A DNA stretch of 64,000 bases from positions 372,001-436,000 of the forward strand of contig OZ025711.1 in assembly GCA_964019335.1 (NCBI GenBank). Direction: 5' to 3'. Position 1 is the first letter of the stretch. Each line of letters begins with the position of its first letter. This document shows, one piece after another, positions 11,153-21,397 of the stretch. The notes beneath the pieces were generated by a model that had not been told where the DNA came from, made no database searches, and saw only the letters and a program-made list of their open reading frames with translations. The DNA is from Diplonema japonicum. Lineage: Eukaryota > Protista > Euglenozoa: Diplonemea. The translations under genes were made by a program, and so were the position numbers.

Positions 11153-11218
11153 CTATAACGTGATTGAAGAAGACAGTGAAAAGAAAAGAAACGGAAAAAA
11201 AAAAAAACGAGGAAAGTA
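11153..11218 (-). promoter_or_regulatory. Putative trans-splice acceptor (polypyrimidine tract + AG) for array gene A
   Basis: Minus-strand pyrimidine tract ending in TATAG 18 nt before the ATG, the same offset as in gene B. Confidence 0.5.
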
Positions 11219-11897
11219 AACAGATTGACAGGATCAAGAAGCACAAGGGGAGTAGGAGGTAGGCTATAAATGCCTTCGTGGAACGGAGGATAATTGTAAA
11301 CAGACACGGTGAAAAAGTAGAGATTCGATCGTTTGTAACATCTGTTGCAACATCCTGTTAAACTACTATAGCCCCCTCTTCTTTTTTTTTCTTCTTCTTT
11401 TTTACACTTGCACCTTCCCACTCCGCATACGACCCCCCTTTTTTGCCCTTATCTTCGTTCATGCCATCCTGCTGATCTTACGAAACAAGGGGAAAAAAGA
11501 AGAAGGGAACATGGGAGGGGTGTGGATTTTCTCTCTAAAGCGATCAGTTCTTTTGCTACTATTTCCTTAGGAATAATGACCAGAAGAAAAAAAGAAGCAA
11601 GAAAGAAGATCACATTTCAGAAGGGAAAAAGAGGGAAAGTTACGAGTGGGGGGGGGGGGGGGGGGTCACAAACGAATAAATCTGATACACATGAAAGGAA
11701 AAGAGAAACAAGGGTTTCATACAGTAAGCACGCATGTAAATACCAAGGATCTAAACGCACCGATGGCGCATTTATCAAAAGGGGACAATCACGCTGGGCG
11801 GGATGCAGGAAGACCTGTCCCAAGAACACTCTACACCCTAACCGCGGTAAAAAACACAAAACAGAAACCCAGAAAGGAAGACTCATTCATTCGTTCA

Positions 11898-14831
11898 TCA
11901 CAGCACTCTGGTCGCATTCTTGCAGTCCTTGTTGGCAAGGTTCAGCTCAGCAGCACCCTTGGTAAGCTGAGCGCTGACTTGGAGCAGGTCAGTCCTGCAG
12001 GCGATCTTGTCGCCAGAGGTACCGCACTTGTCCGCTGCAGCCGCCGCGGGTGAGACAGCCCCAGTGAGAGCAGTCTGCGAAGCAACCAGTTCAGTGTGGC
12101 AGGTGCCTGTCTTGGGGCACTCCGCAACAGTCGTATTCACCGCCTTGCTCACTGCGTCCACAGCCGTCTGTGCCTTCCCCGCAGCGTCGTGGCACGAGGT
12201 GTCCGTCCCATTCGTGCACGCCTCCGAAGCCTTCAGCACGCTCTCGAAAGCGGCCGCCATGCGTGCAGCACCCACAGTGATGGCTGCATTGCAGATCTGC
12301 GAACCAACCTTCTTCCCAGCACACATTGTGGCTGCTTCCCCAGCGAACACAGCGCCCCTGGCAACCTCAGTGTCCACCATGAGGAGGTCGATCCTGCAGT
12401 GAACCTTGTCGATGCCGGTCCTGCCACAGGTGGTGGTCGCGTTGTGCATCAGGATCACAGCGGTGTCGAGGGAGGTGTCGGCCACAGCAACATGCCTGCC
12501 GCACCTGGCGGTCGGGTCACCGCACTCACCAACAGCCCTCTTCGAGTCGGTGCTCGCGGCCCTCACGGTGGTGGAGGAGGCAGCCACAGCAGACTTGCAT
12601 TCTGCGCTGGTTCCATTGGTGCAAGCAGAGTTGGCAGAGCCGAGGTCCCTGCCAGCGTCACCAACACGGGTGAGCACGAGAGCAACCTCAGCCTCACACA
12701 CGGCTGTCCCGACCTTCTCAGCCTTCTTCCCGTTGCACATGGTCGAAGCCTCAGCGGCGAAGGCGGCGGCCCTGGCAACCTCAGTGTCCACCATGAGGAG
12801 GTCGATCCTGCAGTGAACCTTGTCGATGCCGGTCCTGCCACAGGTGGTGGTTGCGTTGTGCATCAGGATCACAGCAATCTCAAGAGACGAAGAGGCGGTG
12901 GCAACGTGCCTGCCGCACCTGGCGGTCGGATCACCGCACTCACCCACAGCCCTTCTGGCATCGGTGTTGGCAGAGGTGACAGCGTGGGTGGCAGTGGCAA
13001 CGGCGGCCTTGCAGGCATCGTTGGTGCCGTTGGTGCAAGTGCTCGAAGCAGAAACCAAGTCACGGGCAGCGTCGTTGATACGGGTCAGCACCAGCACCAC
13101 CTCAGCCTCGCACACAGGGGTGTCAACCTTCTCAAGGGCGTTGGGTCCACCGCACATGGTGGCAGCTTCAATCGCGAACACATCAGCCCTGACAAGCTCA
13201 GTCTCAACCATGAGGAGGTCGACGATGCAGTGGGCCCTGTCGATGCTGCCCTTGCCGCAAACAGTGGTGGCATTGATCATCAGAATCACAGCAATCTCAA
13301 GGGCGCTGTTGGAAGTGGCAACGTGCCTGCCACACCTGGCGTTCGGGTCACCGCACTCGTTAACAGCGGCCTTGGCGTCGATGTTGGCGGTCGTCACAGC
13401 AGCACTAGCAGTGGCAACAGCGGCCTTGCACTCGGCGGTGCTGGAGTTCCTGCAGGTAGTAGTTGCGGCAGCAGTGGCTGTCACGGCCTGAGTCACACGA
13501 GTAGTAAGAAGAACCACCTCAGCCTCGCACACAGGGGTACCGACATCTTTCTTGGCGACAGCGTTGGAGCCACCGCACATGGTGGCAGCTTCAATCGCGA
13601 ACACATCAGCCCTGGCAAGCTCAGTCTCAACCATGAGGAGGTCGACGATGCAGTGGGCCCTGTCGATGCTGCCCTTGCCGCAAACAGTGGTGGCATTGAT
13701 CATCAGAATCACAGCAATCTCAAGGGCGCTGTTGGAGGTGGCAACGTGCCTGCCACACCTGGCGTTTGGGTCACCGCACTCGTTAACAGCGGCCTTGGCG
13801 TCGATGTTGGCGGTCGTCACAGCAGCACTAGCAGTGGCAACAGCGGCCTTGCACTCGGCGGTGCTGGAGTTCCTGCAGGTAGTAGTTGCGGCAGCAGTGG
13901 CTGTCACGGCCTGAGTCACGCGAGTGGCGAGAAGAACCACCTCAGCCTCGCAGACGGGGCCGTTTTCCTTCTTGGTGGCAACGGCGTTGGAACCACCGCA
14001 CATGGTGGCAGCTTCAATCGCGAACACATCAGCCCTGGCAAGCTCAGTCTCAACCATGAGGAGGTCGACGATGCAGTGGGCCCTGTCGATGCTGCCCTTG
14101 CCACAAACAGTGGTGGCATTGATCATCAGAATCACAGCAATCTCAAGGGCGCTGTTGGAGGTGGCAACGTGCCTGCCACACCTGGCGTTTGGGTCACCGC
14201 ACTCGTTAACAGCGGCCTTGGCGTCGATGTTGGCGGTCGTCACAGCAGCACTAGCAGTGGCAACAGCGGCCTTGCACTCGGTGGTGCTGGAGTTCCTGCA
14301 GGTCCTGGTGGCGGCAACAGTGGCTGTCACGGCTTGGGTCACGCGAGTGGCGAGAATCACCACCTCAGCCTCGCAGACGGGGGTACCAAGTTCAGTCTTG
14401 CAATCCTTGCCAGCTTGGTTGAAGCCAACGGCGGCTCTGGTAAGCTGGGTGCCGACGGAAACCAAAGCAGCGTTGCATTCAATCTCGTTCTTGGAGCAGT
14501 CAGCCTGGGCCTTGGACACGAGGGGGGCAGCGTTGTCGAGGGCAGTCTGCGCAACCGCAACATCCTTCCCGCAGGCGGCGGTAGTGGGTCCACACTCCTT
14601 CGCGGTGGCGTTGGCAGTCTTTTGAGCCCCGGACACGGCAGAGGCGACGTCGTTCACCTCCTTCGTGCAGTTCGCGCCCATGCCTTGGTTGCAGGTCTGC
14701 GCAGCCTTCAGAACGAGCGAGGCCGCATGGGCAACACGCGCGGTGCTGAGGGTCACTGAGGCTTCACAAGCAGGGCCCCCCTGGAGAGCTGCTGCTGAGG
14801 CGGCCATGCACATCATCAAGAAGGAACGCAT
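11898..14831 (-). CDS. Secreted Cys/Ala/Thr-rich protein with 7 four-helix (C-x24-C)x4 modules (array gene B)
   Basis: 977-aa intronless ORF; paralogue of gene A with the same first module and last three modules. Confidence 0.9.
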   Translation of the reverse strand: MRSFLMMCMAASAAALQGGPACEASVTLSTARVAHAASLVLKAAQTCNQGMGANCTKEVNDVASAVSGAQKTANATAKECGPTTAACGKDVAVAQTALDNAAPLVSKAQADCSKNEIECNAALVSVGTQLTRAAVGFNQAGKDCKTELGTPVCEAEVVILATRVTQAVTATVAATRTCRNSSTTECKAAVATASAAVTTANIDAKAAVNECGDPNARCGRHVATSNSALEIAVILMINATTVCGKGSIDRAHCIVDLLMVETELARADVFAIEAATMCGGSNAVATKKENGPVCEAEVVLLATRVTQAVTATAAATTTCRNSSTAECKAAVATASAAVTTANIDAKAAVNECGDPNARCGRHVATSNSALEIAVILMINATTVCGKGSIDRAHCIVDLLMVETELARADVFAIEAATMCGGSNAVAKKDVGTPVCEAEVVLLTTRVTQAVTATAAATTTCRNSSTAECKAAVATASAAVTTANIDAKAAVNECGDPNARCGRHVATSNSALEIAVILMINATTVCGKGSIDRAHCIVDLLMVETELVRADVFAIEAATMCGGPNALEKVDTPVCEAEVVLVLTRINDAARDLVSASSTCTNGTNDACKAAVATATHAVTSANTDARRAVGECGDPTARCGRHVATASSSLEIAVILMHNATTTCGRTGIDKVHCRIDLLMVDTEVARAAAFAAEASTMCNGKKAEKVGTAVCEAEVALVLTRVGDAGRDLGSANSACTNGTSAECKSAVAASSTTVRAASTDSKRAVGECGDPTARCGRHVAVADTSLDTAVILMHNATTTCGRTGIDKVHCRIDLLMVDTEVARGAVFAGEAATMCAGKKVGSQICNAAITVGAARMAAAFESVLKASEACTNGTDTSCHDAAGKAQTAVDAVSKAVNTTVAECPKTGTCHTELVASQTALTGAVSPAAAAADKCGTSGDKIACRTDLLQVSAQLTKGAAELNLANKDCKNATRVL
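13140..14390 (-). repeat. Three near-identical 423-bp tandem coding units in array gene B
   Basis: GTTGG..CCACCGCACATGG recurs at 13140, 13563 and 13986 (period 423 bp = 141 aa). Confidence 0.9.
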
Positions 14832-14849
14832 TTTGTCTTTTGTGATCAG

Positions 14850-14946
14850 CTGTAGAGAGAGGGTTAAAGCAAAGGACTAGGAACAAAGGCGGTTCAAGAT
14901 AAAAAGAAGACGGAAAAAGAGGAGGAAAAAAGAAGAAGAGAGGAAA
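14850..14946 (-). promoter_or_regulatory. Putative trans-splice acceptor (polypyrimidine tract + AG) for array gene B
   Basis: Long minus-strand pyrimidine tract ending in CTACAG 18 nt before the ATG. Confidence 0.55.
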
Positions 14947-15540
14947 TGTTTGCAGGAACAGGCTAAGTGGTCACACGCCACGTCTTGTACATTAACGATT
15001 AGTTTATATTCAGAAACACACTTATGCTGCCAGGGGGAGGGGAGGAACACGCTCGGGGCTTACATGTGGATGCAAATAGAGGCCAAGTTACCTTTGTATA
15101 AATACATAAGGAACAAAAAAAAAAGAATTCAGACTTTTAAACCAAAAGGTATTACAAATAAAGAAATAAGATAGTAGACTTAAGGGAAGAGGCCGCGATG
15201 ATTTGCAGACATAGTATTCTTTTTATTTTTGTCGTTTTTTTTTTAAAATTCTGTACGCACGAATTAAAAAAAAGGGGGGGGGGAGTGACACTTCATATAT
15301 TTTGTTCGCAGGCGAACCCAAAAACGTGAGAAATCAATGGGCGGGACGGACCCTGCACCGCTAGCACTTTACGTGAATTGTCACTTGACCTACTAACGAT
15401 AAGAAAAGCGAGCAGAGTCTGCTTAACTATAGGCCAATAGAGGAGAGTAAGGGGAATGATATGTTGTGGGGTTGCAGGTTAGAACACACGCAAGGGCCCC
15501 TTTGCACATCACGATTGCTTCTTCGAGAAAAATAATGACC

Positions 15541-17217
15541 TCACAGGGAATGCGTGGCGTTCTTGCAGGCCGTGTTTGCAAGGAGCAGCTCGGATTCACC
15601 ACTTAAAAGGCTGGTGCTGGAACGGAGCAGTTGAGCCAAGCAAGCGGCATTGTCAACACCGCACTTCTCCGCAGCAATCTCAGCAGGGGCAAGGGCAGCC
15701 ATCAGGGCACTCTGCGCAGCGACCAGTTCAGTACCACAAGGAGCATTTGTAGGGCACTCCACGATAGTCATGTTCACTGCCTTGCCCGCTGCCACCACCG
15801 CGGTGCTTGCACTTGCCGCAGTGCTAGAGCACGTGTTGGTCTGATTGGCACAGCTTGCTCCAGCCTTGGCATTCTGTTCAAGAGCATCCATTATGCGCGC
15901 AGCACCCACAGTGATGGCAGAAGTGCACAACGGCGACGCCATCTCATTCTTCCCAGTGCAGGTGGTCGAGGCCTCACCAGCGAACACAGCGGCCCTCGCC
16001 ACCTCAGTGTCCACCATAATAAGATCGATCTGGCAGTGAACCTTGTCGATGCCGGTCCTGCCACAGGTGGTGGTCGCGTTGTCCATAAGGGCCATGGCGA
16101 TGTCGAGGGAAGTGTCGGTGGTCGCCACGTTCTTACCGCACTTGGCATTCGGGTCGCCGCACTCACCGACAGCCCTCTTCGAGTCCGTCTTGGCAGCAGT
16201 AAGGGTGGTGGTTGCAGCAGCCACAGCAGACTTGCATCCGGTGCTGGTTCCGTTCACGCAGGCGGAGGTAGCAGAGACAAGGTCCTTGCTAGCGTCAACG
16301 AGACGAGTGAGTACAAGAGCGACCTCAGCCTCGCACACAGCTGTCCCAAGCTTCTCAGCCTTCTTCCCGTTGCACATGGTGGCAGCCTGACCGGCGAAGG
16401 TGGCGGCCCTGGCAACCTCAGTGTCCACCATGAGGAGGTCGATCCTGCAGTGGGCCTTGTCCACACCAGTCCTGCCGCAAGTAGATGTGGCGTTGTCCAT
16501 CAGGGCCACAGCTGTCTCGAGTGTCGTGGAAGCAGTGGCAACGTGTTTGCCGCACTTCGCGTCCGAGTCACCGCACTCGCCCACAGCCCTCTTGGCATCG
16601 GTGTTGGCGGCAGTGACCTTGGAGGAGGCAGCAGCAACAGCGGCCTTGCAAGCGGCAGTGCTTGCGTTGACGCAGGTGTTGGAAGCGGTGGCAAGGTCAC
16701 GGGCAGCGTCGTTGATACGGGTCAGCACCAGCACCACCTCGGCCTCGCACACAGGGGTGTCAACCGTCAGGGAGTTCTTCTTGCTACACTGAGTAGCAGA
16801 TTCAAGGGCGAAGGCGTCAGCTCTGGCAAGCTCAGTCTCAACCATGAAAAGGTCGATCTGGCAGTGGGTACTGTCGATACCTGTCCTGCCGCAGGTGGTG
16901 GTTGCGTTGCTCATCAAAGCGACAGCAGTCTCGAGAGTGGCATCGGCCACAGCGACGTGCTTGCCGCAAGTGGCAGTCGGGTCACCGCACTCACCGACAG
17001 CCCTCTTCGCGTCGGTGCTCGCGGCCCTCACGGCGGTGGAAGCGGTGGTGACAGCAGAAACGCACCCGGAGTTATTCCTGCACGCGGTAGAGGCAGCGAT
17101 GACAGCACGGCTGGCCTCACCCACACGGGTGCTGACCAACACAACCTCAGCCTCGCAAACTGCACCCTGCGCAGCAGCAGCAACAACCATGCTCATGAAC
17201 ATCAATGAACGCATCAT
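15541..17217 (-). CDS. Secreted Cys/Ala/Thr-rich protein with 4 four-helix modules (array gene C)
   Basis: 558-aa ORF; signal peptide MMRSLMFMSMVVAAAA; same module (CEAEVVLV...GECGD...TTTCGRTG..HC.IDL). Confidence 0.9.
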   Translation of the reverse strand: MMRSLMFMSMVVAAAAQGAVCEAEVVLVSTRVGEASRAVIAASTACRNNSGCVSAVTTASTAVRAASTDAKRAVGECGDPTATCGKHVAVADATLETAVALMSNATTTCGRTGIDSTHCQIDLFMVETELARADAFALESATQCSKKNSLTVDTPVCEAEVVLVLTRINDAARDLATASNTCVNASTAACKAAVAAASSKVTAANTDAKRAVGECGDSDAKCGKHVATASTTLETAVALMDNATSTCGRTGVDKAHCRIDLLMVDTEVARAATFAGQAATMCNGKKAEKLGTAVCEAEVALVLTRLVDASKDLVSATSACVNGTSTGCKSAVAAATTTLTAAKTDSKRAVGECGDPNAKCGKNVATTDTSLDIAMALMDNATTTCGRTGIDKVHCQIDLIMVDTEVARAAVFAGEASTTCTGKNEMASPLCTSAITVGAARIMDALEQNAKAGASCANQTNTCSSTAASASTAVVAAGKAVNMTIVECPTNAPCGTELVAAQSALMAALAPAEIAAEKCGVDNAACLAQLLRSSTSLLSGESELLLANTACKNATHSL

Positions 17218-17359
17218 TTCTTTTTTTTTTCTTCTTTCTTCAAAACTAACCTGTGGTCTCTCTATTTCTCTCTATTTTTATTTTGCGAAATACTAGCGCG
17301 AATAAGAAAAAGGGAAAGAATACTAATATAAAAAAAAAAAAAAAAAAAAAAAAAACGTT

Positions 17360-17824
17360 TCAACGAACAGGTTCACACGTAGCAGCAGAGGTAAGGACGG
17401 GCATGGTGGCGCTCATGAGGTCGGCGAGGACCGTGATGTCAGTGCCGCAGGCCGTGCCTCCGGTGCCTGAGCAGTCCTTGTAGGTTTTATCAAGCTGGGT
17501 TTGGGCTTGGGTAAGGAGGGACATCACTTTGAAGTTGAGCTGGTTGCATTGTACAGAAATATCGTGGCAGTCGTTGATGGCCATCTCCATAGCCCCACTA
17601 GCGTAGCCTATAGTCATGTTGGCGGTGTCAAGGTACTTCTGGCAGGCAGCGGACCCTGTGGCATTCGCCTTCACGGGACATACACCACCTGCATTGTTCA
17701 TGCTATCGATGGTAGATTGAATGTTAAACCCTGCACACGCGTAATCCTTTGGACACAGCATCTGTGTCCACACATTTTCGGCCAACGACAACAGGGACAC
17801 AACAATTAGAATAGTTTTCATCAT
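17360..17824 (-). CDS. Small secreted single-module member of the same Cys-helix family (array gene D)
   Basis: 154 aa from MMKTILIVVSLLSLA (signal peptide). Cys spacing C-x24-C-x11-C-x24-C-x6-C-x24-C-x7-C-x23-C plus one extra Cys. Confidence 0.75.
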   Translation of the reverse strand: MMKTILIVVSLLSLAENVWTQMLCPKDYACAGFNIQSTIDSMNNAGGVCPVKANATGSAACQKYLDTANMTIGYASGAMEMAINDCHDISVQCNQLNFKVMSLLTQAQTQLDKTYKDCSGTGGTACGTDITVLADLMSATMPVLTSAATCEPVR

Positions 17825-18556
17825 ATGATACAAGGGAAGGGGGGGGAAGAAAAAAAGAAGAAGGAACCCGTGGCTCGCCCACTCCTTTTTTTTTTGTTTT
17901 GCCCCTTTCTGGTGATAATTGCATTGCATTGTGCGGGGTGGGGGAAAAAAAAAAAAAGAAGAAAAAAAAAAAAAAAACAAAGAATGGGAAGTACGATCGG
18001 GGGTATAAGAGGGCAACAAAATATTTTTTTTCTCTCTCTTTTTCTTTCTTTCTTCTTTTTTTCTGCCATGTCTCGCATCTGACCGACCCTGCGCAAACGA
18101 ATAGAAGAAGAAAAATAAAGAAGAAAATAAAAGAGGGGGAGGGGGGGGCTAACAAGTGGGGTGGTGGGGAAGGGAGGGGAAATAAAGCGAAGGGGAGTAG
18201 GGAAATCGGGGAGAAAAAGACAATAATATAAAGGTAGGGGTGAGGGGAGAACAACTAAAGAAGGCTTCTTTTCTGAGAAGGAGAAATGAGGCTGTATTTT
18301 TTTTTCCCCCCTCTCTTCTCCCTCCCTTTTCTTTCTCTTTTCTTTTTTCCCCCTTCCACCTTCTTCTTTTGGCTTATGCAAAAAAACAGTGAGTAAACAG
18401 GGAAATCGAGGGGCTAATAAAGAATGAGAGGGCATACAAAAAAAAAGAAAAGATACAAACAGGTCCCCCCCCCCCCCCCCCCCCACTCGAAATTTAAACT
18501 AATAAATCCTGTGGAGGAGGGGGGAGAAGGAAAAAATAAAAAAATAGAATATTATT

Positions 18557-20047
18557 CTAGTACCCCTTAGTGGGTGTTGTGTAAGGTGAAGCCCCTCGGG
18601 GCACTGAAGAAGAGGCAGGGGAGTAGGCGCCACGTTCACGCTGGGGTGAGACACCTCTGGTGTAGTCTGTGCACTCTTTATGCAGCTGTTTATTTATTTA
18701 TTATTTTCTTCTTTTTAAATTCGCCATACAATGGTTTCCTTCTCTTCAAGGTTGGCACGTTGCTCCTTCAAGCGGATCTCCTGTTCGACAAGCTGGTTCT
18801 CCTTCTCATCGACGACCACTCCATTCTCCTTCACGCCCTGTGCGTCTCTGAGGCGTTCGTCGTTCTCCTGGCAGGCCTTGTCCGCCTCCTCCAGGGCGTC
18901 CTTAGCCCTGTTCATCCTAGCTTCACAGCCTGCCTTCACCCTGTCCTGCTCGTCCTTGGCCCAACGGGACCTGTCCGCCTTTGCAGCGTCCTCTGCCGCC
19001 TTTGCGCCCTGTTCGTACTCACTCCTCTGCGCGTCAGCCACCTTCTTGTCAGCCTCGCCTAGCACCATCTCCGGATCTTCTCCTTCTGGCTTTACTTCTG
19101 CCTGTCTTGTCTTGGCCGCATCCAGGTCAGTCTGTGCTTGCTCCTTTTCCAGCCTGGCGGCGTCGAGCGCCTGCAGTGCCCACCTCTCCCTCTCCTCTGC
19201 TGCCGCCAGTCTCCTCTGTGCGACGTCCGCATCCCTCGCGGCTTCCGCTCCAGCGATTCTCTGTGCCCGAGTCGCCTCCCACTCCGCAGCCACCTTTTTC
19301 TCCGTGTCCTGCCTCTCCTTGAACGCGTCCTGTACGCCTTGAATCGCCGCCTTGTGCAATTCCGCACTTGCCTTCGCTGCATCAGTCGCCGATTCATGTG
19401 CAGCCTCCTCGGCAGCACCCTTCTCCACCGCCTCCTGAAGCGCCTTATCCGCCGTTTCCACCTCTCCACGGAGGGCATCGGCTCTTTCATTGAGCCTCTC
19501 CCTAGCGGACTGCGCGGCCTCGGCTTCCCTGTCGGCGTTGCGCAGGGACCTGAACCTGTGGTAAAGGGCGTCCAGGAGCATAGGGTATTGGATGATGAAG
19601 CGGTACCACTCGGGTTCGGTCAGGTCGCCGGACTGTGCAGTGGTGTGGTTGATAATGATAACATACCCTTGAGCCCTTCGCCTTGGCGAACAGGTCGGCG
19701 GCGGTGGGGTCGGAAAATTCGAGCTTGCACTCTGCGCACCCCCTGATGAACTCGTCGCTGTCGACAACACCGTTGCTGTTGTAGTCAAGGTCCGTGAACG
19801 TGAGCCTCACCTTGTCGGCCTGCGTGAGGGGCACCATGTGGGGCACGACAGATGCATGCATGGCGTGCATCGTGGGTGTTGCGACGGCAGGAGGACCAGC
19901 ATACGGGCTGCCCGCAGGGTGCCTCGAAGAGTAAGGGCTGCCATGGGGACTGCCGTACACATCCTGCGCAAGGTTCTGACGGAGATACTCCTCGATCTTG
20001 TTGTGCCTCTCAGCCTCCCTCTGCATCTCCAGCCACTCGTAGCTCAT
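18557..20047 (-). CDS. EF-hand calcium-binding protein with long coiled-coil tail (kinetoplastid-type family), 3 exons
   Basis: EF-hand loop DYNSNGVVDSDEF, followed by a degenerate second hand and QYPMLLDALYHR. Introns 19633-19666 and 18686-18729 (both GTATG..CAG) restore frame. Confidence 0.8.
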
Positions 20048-20141
20048 TATTTAACTTTTGTGTGGGGTCTTATTCACCTAAAAATGGAATTGACACTCTG
20101 GAGGGGTGCATGAAAACATATCGGACCGTTCCCTTACTTCC

Positions 20142-21397
20142 CTAATACTTCTTCAGTTCCTCTTGAGCTTCGTACAGATCCTTGTAGGTGCACGCTGCAG
20201 GTGTGCCCACCACAATTTCGTACATGCATTTTCCGTTTTCGTACACGGATTGAATGTTGAGGTGGTCGTCGCATTCAAGAGAAACCAGCACCTTCCTGTC
20301 GGGGCCTTGGTAGCAAGGGGCGCCACCAGTGTACAGCTGTGATTGTGTGAGTAAAAAGAGATAAGGTTTTATGTTCAAAGTACCTGCGTCAGCCTCGGTT
20401 TTGCATTCGCATTGTAGGCAGCGGTCATGGGCTCCTCCACCCAGCCACCGTACGAGCCAAGGAGCACTGGCTGGTCTGCTTCGTCTGCCTCATCCTCCTT
20501 GACCACCTGCTGGTAGACGACATCGTAGAAGCAGACGGTAAAGGTGAAGTCTTTGGCGTTGGGTTCTGCACAGCCACCTTTGAACAGCCTCTCGTTGGCT
20601 GAGTATTCAACGCACTTCCCGTGCAAAGGAAAGTACAGGAGATGCGGGCCGAAGTCGTTCCTTGTCAGCTTGGCCTCGGATTGCAGTTTTTGAAGCTGCA
20701 TCATGACCTGTTGGTACTGGCCGTAAAGCTGCTCTTGATCGGCTCCGGGTGCGGAGGCGGCTTGTTGAATCGCATCACGTTGGCTGGTGAGCTGGTCCTG
20801 TAGGGACACCAAGCGTGCGGACAAGCCTGGCCAGTTTAAAGTGTTTTCTTTCACCTCGTTTTCTTGTTCTGTCAAAGCACGGTCGATCTTGCGAATGGTC
20901 TCTAGCAGGTTCGATACTGTCTTGTTCTTCTCCCCTGCACAGGTGTTTTGACAATAGGTGACGTTCCCCTCCCGGTTTTCATCTGAACCATCGCAGCAGT
21001 CGCACACCCCGTCCAGCACGTACACATCGTCGACACCTCCGCATGGAGGGGTTGGCGGGCTTTTCCATTCACTAAGCCACCTCTCCCCTTTCTGCTTGCT
21101 GTACTTCAGCGCTGTTTCCACTCTCGGTTCCTCTGCTGTTGGGTACCCCTCCCCTCTCCTGATTCCAGTTTCACGGTACTTTTCACCCTTCACCAATATC
21201 CTATACATATCACTCTGGACAATGTTATCGAGGTTGGTGTAGACAGCGACGCCTGCACACGCCAATAAGTTTGCTGTCATCATCACACGGTACACAGTCG
21301 AAGCAGGCTTTGCCTCCGTGGATGCTTCCTGTGTTTTCTCCTTCACGGCAGGTACCGCTTTCTGCGGTTTCTCTCCTTGTTTACTTTTCTTCCCCAT
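20142..21397 (-). CDS. PRKCSH: Glucosidase II beta subunit-like protein (LDLa-like + coiled coil + MRH domain)
   Basis: DGVCDCCDGSDE motif and MRH-like YTGGAPCYQGPDRKVLVSLEC..CMYEIVVGTPAAC. Intron 20337-20383. An alternative end at 20070 via a possible intron 20098-20148. Confidence 0.7.

Noticed and set aside
13140-14390. Regular repeats as a CRISPR-like or non-coding array
   Set aside because: They are in-frame 141-codon protein modules with no repeat-spacer structure.
8834-17208. Long + strand ORFs (742, 887 and 525 aa) antisense to the repeat genes
   Set aside because: They are in codon register with the sense genes and are explained by avoidance of TTA/CTA/TCA codons; the translations have no protein-like features.
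20042-20055. 14-bp match to the foldback motif (538-551) at the EF-hand start codon
   Set aside because: AT-rich, single instance, plausible by chance in 64 kb.
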